Assembly (NCBI GenBank): GCA_018985225.1
Contig: JADGIF010000456.1
Span: forward strand, 1 to 8,223
DNA: 8,223 nt
From: Amoeboradix gromovi X-113
Taxonomy: Eukaryota; Fungi; Sanchytriomycota
Direction of reading: 5' to 3'
Positions 1 to 7,273 of the stretch are shown one piece after another. The notes beneath the pieces are model-generated. The model worked only from the letters and a program-made list of their open reading frames with translations. It was not told where the DNA came from and did not search any database. Position 1 is the first letter of the stretch. The number at the start of each line of letters is the position of its first letter. The position numbers and the translations under genes are program-made.

Positions 1-23
1 TGCAATTGTAAAATAAAGGCTAG

Positions 24-573
24 ATGAAAGAGCAAGAGAATAGCTGTACAGAATATTTATTTTTGAAATTTCGATACATTTTGTTTTGTCTAGTTTTTAC
101 AGAGCATGTGCCATATGTTGCAACATCTCAACCGATAACCATTTTAATATTCTGTCTTGATGTTTTTAACGTCGTCTTGTTCACAAACAAGGCAGCGTTT
201 GAATGTCTTTCTTTATTCTGTCATCTTCACAGCACATCCCTTCTTAATCCTGATAAACTTTCGTTCGTGTCTGATGACATGAAGATATTAGATTCTTAGT
301 GTATTTTCTAGGTGTTCTTTATACTTAGAAATCAGAGAGTGTCTTTAAATGGGTCTTATATATCAAATGAATCTACCATACGGTATTGTTCAAGATTTAC
401 AATGTAAGATAGATGCCGGCAGCTACAGAGCTGCCTTTGATTCTACGCACTTGCATATCAAAGAAACCCTGGAATACGATGCTCTTCCTAGATTTATGCA
501 AGAATCTCTGAACTCCAACAGTTACCAATCTATGACTAACTTTGGGAGTAGCAATCTTAAAAACTTCAAATGA
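24..573 (+). pseudogene. Disrupted C-terminal part of an RGS-domain (possibly TM-RGS) gene; pseudogene or sequence errors
   Basis: ORF 349-573 reads YQMNLP...AAFDSTHLHIKETLEYDALPRF, matching the RGS C-terminal pattern (xNL...FD.A...I...L..D..PRF). ORF 24-299 has a hydrophobic stretch followed by VLFTNKAAFECLSLFC, similar to the RGS start. The pieces are in different frames, with stops at 297-299 and 346-348. AATAAA follows at 581-586. Confidence 0.6.
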
Positions 574-586
574 TTCAGAGAATAAA

Positions 587-1549
587 CTATTTATTTAGCC
601 GCTTTGAAATGAGTGGTATAGCTGGCCCAACATATTTGTTTTCCAAATCTTTAGAGCCTTTATTTTTATGCTGCTCTAGTATCGGGATATTAAGTTTTTT
701 CTTTACCTCTCGCGCTGGAGTACTTTTTTTGAAGAAGGAATCCATCGTAGATTGTTTCAATACATGTGTATCCATATACTCCACAAACTCGTCAGCGGTA
801 TAGTGCAAGTGCTTGGTGATCAAAGGCTTTAAATCGCTCGGAATTTTAAGATTTTCATCGGGGTTTACTACCCATACCTCATTTCCTACACAAATGTCTT
901 TTATTGATTGTTTTAAGCCGTGTACTTTTAAGGAAGTACCGATTATAACTATTGTATGAAGCTTCTTACGGTCTTTTTTCAAAAAAGAAGTAATTTTATC
1001 ACTATTTGGATGAAACTCATTGTATAATACGACTTGAGGTCTCAGTGTACCTACGCTTCTTTGTCTCAATCCCTTTCTCTCTCTCTCATTGCGGATTTCT
1101 ACACAACGAGTACAAGGCGCAACTTTTCCTTTTTGAAATTCTGGAATTAACGGAACAGTCTTCTCTACGTGCCTACAGTTCATACAATATACAGAGTGGA
1201 TTGTGCCATGTAGTAGCACAATTTTATCATCTTTTAAACCAGCAGAAGATTCTAATTCGTCAATGTTCTGAGTATAAACTCTTTGCAGCTTACCAAGCTC
1301 TGAGAGTCGGACTAAGAAATGATGAAAAAGGGTTGGCTTCACATCAGCAATCATATCATGTAAACTAGCCATTCCTCTTAGCCATTCCGAGTAATTCTCT
1401 TTTGTTCTTAGAGCTTGGGTGGCATCGAACAAATCATAACTAGAGCCTTTTTCGGATATTTTAAGTTTAAAAATACCAGTGGAAGATCTGAAGTCAGGAA
1501 TGCCTGCAGCCAAACTAACACCCGCACCGTTAAAAAAAATAAAGCCCAT
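587..1549 (-). CDS. NAD-dependent protein/histone deacetylase, Sir2 family, Hst3/Hst4-like; true start probably further upstream
   Basis: Motifs GAGVSLAAGIPDFRS, PTLFHH, YTQNID, catalytic LHG, zinc ligands CMNC...CTRC, LRPQVVLYNEFHP and GTSLKV. The frame stays open upstream to 1594 (RGVKLNIHKVFKTSL). Confidence 0.95.
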   Translation of the reverse strand: MGFIFFNGAGVSLAAGIPDFRSSTGIFKLKISEKGSSYDLFDATQALRTKENYSEWLRGMASLHDMIADVKPTLFHHFLVRLSELGKLQRVYTQNIDELESSAGLKDDKIVLLHGTIHSVYCMNCRHVEKTVPLIPEFQKGKVAPCTRCVEIRNERERKGLRQRSVGTLRPQVVLYNEFHPNSDKITSFLKKDRKKLHTIVIIGTSLKVHGLKQSIKDICVGNEVWVVNPDENLKIPSDLKPLITKHLHYTADEFVEYMDTHVLKQSTMDSFFKKSTPAREVKKKLNIPILEQHKNKGSKDLENKYVGPAIPLISKRLNK

Positions 1550-1591
1550 CAGAGATGTTTTGAAAACTTTATGGATGTTTAGTTTAACTCC

Positions 1592-1716
1592 TCGCTAAAA
1601 GTCGTGATTTCCGAGAAAATCAAGAATTTTTGGACAGAAACAGGCAAAGACAGTTGCTCCGTTACAGTGGCTACCCAGGTTTCCATTTTTTTGAGGTAAG
1701 GTTGAATTTGAATGCA
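1592..1716. repeat. Inverted repeat, left arm (pairs with 1981-2105)
   Basis: The reverse complement aligns without gaps to 1981-2105 with 8 mismatches in 125 bp. 1605-1678 is an exact reverse complement of 2019-2092 (74 bp). Confidence 0.97.
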
Positions 1717-1972
1717 TGTATTTCAAGAGCACATTCCTTGCCACCATATTGTCACTGCCTACATGTAAATAAATACTTCCAATATCTTTCATAACTCTTG
1801 TGGCAAGCAAGTACTCAGTTACGCTATTCGTTCCGCACAATTTTTCCACTTCGTTTACTGGGAGAGACCTAGCAAATAATGTAATCGGCCTTGATAAAAA
1901 TCTGTAGATAACAACCAAGCACTTGAACTTTTGTAAATGATCCAAAAAAGTTTGGCCGGCGTTGAGACACAT
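1595..1972 (-). other. 125-codon ORF with a GNAT-like C-terminal motif, running into the left repeat arm; probable gene fragment
   Basis: SIYLHVGSDNMVARNVLLKY (1777-1718) resembles the GNAT/NAT motif IxLHVxxxNxxAxxxYxKxGF. The ORF is in the same frame as the sirtuin, separated by a single TAG at 1597-1595. Confidence 0.35.
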
Positions 1973-1980
1973 CTTCTAGT

Positions 1981-2105
1981 TGCATTCAAATTTAATCCTA
2001 CCTTAAAAAAGTGGAAATCTGGGTAGCCACTGTAACGGAGCAACTGTCTTTGCCTGTTTCTGTCCAAAAATTCTTGATTTTCTCGGAAATCAAGACTGTT
2101 AGCGA
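1981..2105. repeat. Inverted repeat, right arm (pairs with 1592-1716)
   Basis: Same alignment as the left arm. The spacer 1717-1980 is 264 bp. Confidence 0.97.
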
Positions 2106-2249
2106 AAAGCACCAGGAATCGATTGATATAGCAAGTTGTGGAACTTCGGAAGACTTTATGATAACCTACAAAACTTGTAGTACACCTATTTTAAATTTTG
2201 TAACAGCACAATTTTATCCTGAGACCGATTATATGGCCTAATTCATGAG

Positions 2250-2295
2250 AGCCAATCACAGGCACTGCATGACAGCGACGCACTTCTATATAAAA
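2250..2295 (+). promoter_or_regulatory. Putative Pol II promoter: CCAAT box plus TATA box
   Basis: AGCCAATCA at 2250-2258 and TATATAAAA at 2287-2295, just upstream of the ATG at 2315. Confidence 0.5.
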
Positions 2296-2314
2296 TACTA
2301 TTTACTATTTGTGT

Positions 2315-2719
2315 ATGAAACTCTTCTTTAACATTTTAGCTGCAGTTTTGGCTGCACCTGTAAGTGAAATAGCTAATACAACAGAAAAAGCAAATTTTAG
2401 ATCAGCGAACAATCTACCAAAGGCTGAAATTTCAAAAGATTTGGCTCCAAACCCATCATTTCTGATTGCAAGTACTCAATTGCAGGAATATGCGAGTAAG
2501 ACTGCTGCAGATAAACATCCAAATACTGAGTCTTTATTTTCAACAGTTTCAAAGCAGTTTGCACCGTCTCAAACTGCGCTAACTGAGCCTACAAGCACCA
2601 TTACTATAATTAGTACTGAGATTTCTGTGGAGGAAACGCATGCTGAAACTGAATATGTATTTGAATTCGAAGATGAGTATGATGATGAACTAATTGATGC
2701 TCCATTTTTATATGAATAA
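2315..2719 (+). CDS. Small secreted Ser/Thr-rich protein with acidic C-terminus, unknown function
   Basis: Signal-peptide-like start MKLFFNILAAVLA-AP, N-glycosylation sequon NTT, S/T-rich middle and acidic tail EFEDEYDDELID. ATG at 2315 is preferred over TTG at 2309. AATAAA overlaps the stop. Confidence 0.75.
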   Translation: MKLFFNILAAVLAAPVSEIANTTEKANFRSANNLPKAEISKDLAPNPSFLIASTQLQEYASKTAADKHPNTESLFSTVSKQFAPSQTALTEPTSTITIISTEISVEETHAETEYVFEFEDEYDDELIDAPFLYE

Positions 2720-2748
2720 ATTGCCATATTTAAACACAATTTACTTAT

Positions 2749-3192
2749 TTATATTTGGTCCCGAATTACGTTGTTGGCTTTTATTATTCTTTCCTGATCT
2801 AAAACTACCCCAATTATTTCATTTAATTTAATTTCCATTTCTGATATTCGTTTTTCTTGTGTACTTTCTTTGTCTGAGCTCGACTTTGCATTTCTTCTAT
2901 TCTCCCATATCAAAAGTCCACCTGCAATTGAAAATAGTATAAATTCGCTAAGCATACCAGCACCTGACTCCAATGCACGCTCATCAGAAAGTGGCAATAT
3001 CTGGGGAGCTCCTGGTATATTTAGTCTTCCTCTTCCAGTCAATCCCTTCTCCAAAGTGTGCATTGTTTGTCCAATTTTTATGCATCCTTTTTTAAACATA
3101 TCGTTGGATGTTGCAAAGTTTTTGAAGGAGGACACTAATGGCTTGGATAATTGCTTCATTGCTAAACTGAATATTTTAAATTGAACAGCCAT
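2749..3192 (-). CDS. OPA3: OPA3-family mitochondrial protein
   Basis: FKIFSLAMKQLSKPL, CIKIGQTMH, PLSDERALESGAGMLSEFILFSIAGGLLIWE and a C-terminal coiled coil match the OPA3 family pattern. Confidence 0.92.
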   Translation of the reverse strand: MAVQFKIFSLAMKQLSKPLVSSFKNFATSNDMFKKGCIKIGQTMHTLEKGLTGRGRLNIPGAPQILPLSDERALESGAGMLSEFILFSIAGGLLIWENRRNAKSSSDKESTQEKRISEMEIKLNEIIGVVLDQERIIKANNVIRDQI

Positions 3193-3269
3193 TTGCAGAT
3201 ATAACTAAGTTTAAAAAAAGATTTCAGATTCCCAAGTGTCACAACATTTAATAAGTTTTATTCGCTATA

Positions 3270-4757
3270 TTACTGCTCATCCTGCTGTGTTTGATCCACA
3301 TCATTTACCCATGGTAAAAGAGTATGCAACAAACCTCTCAATGGATGGATATTCGAGGGCAAGCTCTGCCTATCAAACAGCTGTTTCCTTTGACCCATTT
3401 GAGTCATTAAGTATTCCATATAAGCACCTCCAGTCGAAAATGGATCAAATATTACTCCTGCTGATCTTAAGTCCTCTGGGATGTATTTAAACAAATCATA
3501 GTCCATCACAACGATAAACCTATAAACAGATTTATCTATTGAGAATTTTTGAATGCTCGGACTACCGCAAGTCATAAATGCACTTCTATTGCTCGTAAAT
3601 ATCTGCGACAACCATTTTTGTATTCCCTGCTCCGTCCATAATTTAGAATGTTCTATGGCATAAAGAGCGCTAGTCACATCATCTGTAGGGTGACTCAATA
3701 GTTTATATCCAATGCTAGGACAATTCGTCAATGCGTTAAGTAGCAAATCATCTGAATTTGATTTGCGTTGTAAATAGGCAGCCAGTGCTTGTGAATATAA
3801 CAGATTAGGATATCTTAACACATCAGACTGTAGTACAAAAGAATTCAACCATTCGTACTGTTTGGCCATGATTGCCAAAAAATCGATAAACCCTCCAAGA
3901 AAAAGTGGATCCAAGACATCCAGAGATAACAGAAACTTTGCTACCTCAAAGGCAGTAATCCAGGCACCTTTTCTAGTCATGTAGTATATGTGCTTTAGCA
4001 AGAATATGAAAAAACTTCTATTTTCTTGGGTTTTGTAGCTTATTCTAAAATTGTTATAATTTATAGACTTTTGTAAAAGTAAAAGACCTCGCTGTATAAA
4101 ATCACTAGCAGTATCAATATTTGACTGTCTGTGCTGCTCACTGATTAGTAAAAGCGTATTCAAATGAAGAGGATGGCTCTGATTTAAACGGAACAAAGAT
4201 TGAATATCCATGGTAACAAAAAAATTTAAAAATTGATATTCAACATCTTGGTACTGCTTAGAATGAGAATAATAGAATGTTCCGCCATTTTTTTGCAAAG
4301 TTAGTCCGGAATTTTGAAATCTAGGCCAACTAGGATTTAACTGAATTAGTTGAGGTTTGGCAAATCTGTTGTAATTGTTTCCAAACTGGCGGCTCAATTC
4401 AGCTTCAAAGTTGAAAAGTTTGGGATTTATTCTTAGCATAGAATCCTTCATCTTTGCTATTTCTGAGTTTTTGGGTTGTTCAGACTTCACAGATTCCCAA
4501 TCCTGTTGGCTCAACAGCAGATCTAATTGCTTAGTTGATATTTCTTCAATTTTAACAATTGTGCTCTTTTTTTGGGGAAAACTCGGACTCGGAAGCTTAA
4601 TTTCAACGCTCAAGTCAGACTTTTCTGAGTCAGATGAAGCAACGCTCAGCATAGCAAAAGCATTACTAGTGTCCTCTTCAGATCCAGATTCTGATGAGGA
4701 GATTCTTTCAATTATTGGAGCTGGTCCTTTTTGACGAATGCTCGATTTGCCCCCCAT
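3270..4757 (-). CDS. RQC1: Ribosome quality control complex subunit Rqc1/TCF25
   Basis: NAFAML, INPKLFNFEAELSRQFG, WPRF, YSHSKQYQDVE, HPLHLNTLL, ENRSFF, RKGAWITAFEVAKFLLSLD..DPL, PNLLYSQALA and terminal TLLPW are typical TCF25/Rqc1 motifs. Confidence 0.92.
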   Translation of the reverse strand: MGGKSSIRQKGPAPIIERISSSESGSEEDTSNAFAMLSVASSDSEKSDLSVEIKLPSPSFPQKKSTIVKIEEISTKQLDLLLSQQDWESVKSEQPKNSEIAKMKDSMLRINPKLFNFEAELSRQFGNNYNRFAKPQLIQLNPSWPRFQNSGLTLQKNGGTFYYSHSKQYQDVEYQFLNFFVTMDIQSLFRLNQSHPLHLNTLLLISEQHRQSNIDTASDFIQRGLLLLQKSINYNNFRISYKTQENRSFFIFLLKHIYYMTRKGAWITAFEVAKFLLSLDVLDPLFLGGFIDFLAIMAKQYEWLNSFVLQSDVLRYPNLLYSQALAAYLQRKSNSDDLLLNALTNCPSIGYKLLSHPTDDVTSALYAIEHSKLWTEQGIQKWLSQIFTSNRSAFMTCGSPSIQKFSIDKSVYRFIVVMDYDLFKYIPEDLRSAGVIFDPFSTGGAYMEYLMTQMGQRKQLFDRQSLPSNIHPLRGLLHTLLPWVNDVDQTQQDEQ

Positions 4758-4814
4758 GTCTCAGCAACATGACTCCACTACAAAACTTCGGAAGGTTGCG
4801 AAGAGAATCAGCAT

Positions 4815-5288
4815 TTATTTTTGAATAGAGATAAGTCTCTGTTTAAGCCCATTTATTGCCTGTAAAATCCAATCTTGTTTACCTCTTGGTCTACAGTACT
4901 GTAACACCAAATGTGATCCGATTTTGCCTTGAATCAGTCCTAAATGCATGGCTTCCAAGACGAGCTCCTCATTTATACTCTCAATCGGAATTTTCTCATT
5001 TTTTATCATTTTTTCATTCATTGCAAATGTCAATTGCAACAGCTCTATCTTGCGCTTCACAGCATATTCTTCCAAATCGCTTTTAATAAATATTCCATTC
5101 AGTATCCCTTCAGCCTCTTTGCTGTAAAACGGAAAGTCAAAAACATCTAGCTCATAAAATTCTGGATGCTCTAGTAAATACTTACACACTGACTCTGTAA
5201 GTAGTGACGGATCATTAATTACATAACTAGTTACGCTATCTATTTTTAACTTGAACAATTGAGCACCTTTGTCGTCTACAGAATCCAT
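4815..5288 (-). CDS. Short PCI-domain protein, COP9 signalosome subunit 7 / eIF3m-like
   Basis: EELVLEAMHLGLIQGKI...LVLQYCRPR resembles the PCI winged-helix end of CSN7/eIF3m. LLEHPEFY and KIELLQL resemble CSN7 upstream motifs. The sequence is divergent. Confidence 0.65.
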   Translation of the reverse strand: MDSVDDKGAQLFKLKIDSVTSYVINDPSLLTESVCKYLLEHPEFYELDVFDFPFYSKEAEGILNGIFIKSDLEEYAVKRKIELLQLTFAMNEKMIKNEKIPIESINEELVLEAMHLGLIQGKIGSHLVLQYCRPRGKQDWILQAINGLKQRLISIQK

Positions 5289-5714
5289 TTCCCCTTGTTA
5301 TGGGACAAACTTGGTAAAATAGCCCAAATATGATCCGCTGGACACTAGTCAAAGTTTTCCAATAACAGTTCCACAAGTAGTTGTGTGTTTTTTGTGCCGA
5401 CTTTATGAACACTTGTAATGGACCTAATTCGAATATTGGATAAGTTAATGGAACATAAATAGCTCAGATCAGGTATAGAGTGAGTAAGTTTAATTTAGCG
5501 CTGTAAATTAAAACTAAGTGATGAAACTGTTTTTAATACCTCATCTAGGAAAAGCAAGCAAAACTATCAACAATAGTTTCAGTACTATCTAATCAAGTTA
5601 CCTAACTTTAGGAATATGAACTCTGATTTATTTTAGATTTTAGCATCTAACGTAGGCGAAAGGTTCCTACTCAATCAGAAAAAACTATCAGTAAATGAAA
5701 TATGAGTTTTTATT

Positions 5715-6554
5715 TTAGCAATACTCTGCTCCCGGTCCGAAATCACTAGACTTTGTAAATGCTTTAATTTTTAGTGAACTTGTTTTATCACAAAACTGGT
5801 CTCGCGCCATTGATGTCTCCATGTCGAACACCGGTTTGTTATTGCTAAGGACGTCCTTGTAACTATCGCAATTGTTAAGCAAAAAACAATTAAATGATAA
5901 TACGTAATCAAATGAATCTATAACTGTAAGCTGCAGGACAGAATCCACAATTCCAGTGAACATGTTACGATTGTGGGTTTCTTGAGCTATCCATTTAGAG
6001 TAATTTAGCTGGTCATCCATTTGAATTTTTAAGCCGTTGTCTCGGCTGTAAATATTCATGTCCAGCGGTTCAAATCCATCGCAACCAAATCCAGAGGCGT
6101 GCTCAATAAAGCTCAACACGAATTCTTTAACCTGTTGAGTTCTTATATCCATAGCATATGCATTAGGTTGTATTTCATTTCCCAGGTACTTTTTATCCAA
6201 TTCAGGCTCTCCTTGCTTCCATAAACCAACAGAGTACTGACAAACAACCTTCTTACCTTTTGATTGCAGTTTTTTGATTGCATCCCCAGAATATAGTGGA
6301 ACACTATATATATCCACGTTCTGGTTAAGATCAATATCACCAGTCTCTTGATGATAGTAAGTGGTACCTAGTTGTGGTTTAAACCATTCCGGCACAGAAG
6401 GGTCTCTTCTAACCAAAAAAATACTTAAAATTACCACGATAACAACCATAAAAATAAAAACAACTTTCTTTTTATTCTTTATTGGCTTGTATCTATTGTC
6501 TCTCATATCATACTCGTAGCCGTCATAACTACCTTTAACTTGATCAAATTGCAT
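5715..6554 (-). CDS. Type II membrane GH114 (endo-alpha-1,4-polygalactosaminidase/Ega3-like) protein, possibly inactive
   Basis: A KKK-flanked TM helix (VVFIFMVVIVVILSIFLV) followed by WFKPQLGTT, VDIY, LQSKGKKVVCQYSVG, MDIR, GCDGFEP, DQLNYSKWIAQETH and KPVFDME. Confidence 0.85.
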   Translation of the reverse strand: MQFDQVKGSYDGYEYDMRDNRYKPIKNKKKVVFIFMVVIVVILSIFLVRRDPSVPEWFKPQLGTTYYHQETGDIDLNQNVDIYSVPLYSGDAIKKLQSKGKKVVCQYSVGLWKQGEPELDKKYLGNEIQPNAYAMDIRTQQVKEFVLSFIEHASGFGCDGFEPLDMNIYSRDNGLKIQMDDQLNYSKWIAQETHNRNMFTGIVDSVLQLTVIDSFDYVLSFNCFLLNNCDSYKDVLSNNKPVFDMETSMARDQFCDKTSSLKIKAFTKSSDFGPGAEYC

Positions 6555-6649
6555 TTGACTTCAAGGAGTACATTGGAGAAATCCATGTGCACAGCGGTGA
6601 AAATTATAGCCAGTCATGAGTGCAGGTTTAAAAGACATAAATGAATTTA

Positions 6650-7273
6650 TTATTTTGCACAATATGGTTTTATGTTTAATTTTAATCGTAACTTATCAAG
6701 GTCCTCATTCAGATGCTCCTCATAAAATATGTTCATCATGTAATTACTTGAGTAACCTTGCTGCAGTCCATAATGAACATCGTCTAAACTTAAATTGTAA
6801 TAAATTCCCACAATCCCAGCAAACAAAGGCATTGTCATTTCCAACTGCTGGTATTCAATCCATTTTAAGATCGATTCTCCATGAACAGTAGGACTTAAAT
6901 TATATAGAACGTGATTGAAATCATGAATTTCCCTGTATCTTTGTAGTACATATGGATGTTTTAATTCGGTAGAAACTTTTGGTCTCTCAAAGTTGAATCC
7001 ATGTGTCTCGACAAACCTGATGTATTTTTCGCCAAAAGAACCGCTCGGGTATTCCTTAATTAACTGAGATGATATAGCAGGCTTTGCTTGCAAAATCCTT
7101 CGTCCTGTTATACTTCTTTGCATCTTATTATATATCTGTTGTAGCTTAATTTCATTGCATGATTTCATAAACAACTCTCCTGTCTTCGCCACAGCATCTG
7201 CTCTTCTAGGATTTTTCATTGCAATGAAAGCATATCGCAGGGCTTCAAGTCCCATGTTACAACATTCAATCAT
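6650..7273 (-). CDS. COQ4: Ubiquinone biosynthesis protein COQ4
   Basis: NPRRADAVAKTGE, GRRILQAKPAI, PSGSFG, and YVLQRYREIHDFNHVL...GESILKWIE containing the HDxxH...E motif. Start codon uncertain. Confidence 0.95.
   Translation of the reverse strand: MIECCNMGLEALRYAFIAMKNPRRADAVAKTGELFMKSCNEIKLQQIYNKMQRSITGRRILQAKPAISSQLIKEYPSGSFGEKYIRFVETHGFNFERPKVSTELKHPYVLQRYREIHDFNHVLYNLSPTVHGESILKWIEYQQLEMTMPLFAGIVGIYYNLSLDDVHYGLQQGYSSNYMMNIFYEEHLNEDLDKLRLKLNIKPYCAK

Noticed and set aside
587-1549. Bacterial Sir2-based anti-phage defence system
   Set aside because: The protein is a zinc-binding eukaryotic Hst3/Hst4-type sirtuin and its neighbours are eukaryotic housekeeping genes.
1592-2105. MITE or non-autonomous DNA transposon
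   Set aside because: No target-site duplication is evident, the outer ends fade gradually, and there is no transposase. Not fully excluded without a genome-wide copy count.
5620-5680. Hammerhead-like CTGATTGA plus stem on the minus strand
   Set aside because: The core has an extra base and GTTA in place of the required GAAA.
5418-5705. Protein-like + frame (MDLIRILDKLMEHK*...) and 15-nt GT...AG segments suggesting tiny introns
   Set aside because: There are five internal stops, removing the putative introns does not clear them, and no homology is recognisable.
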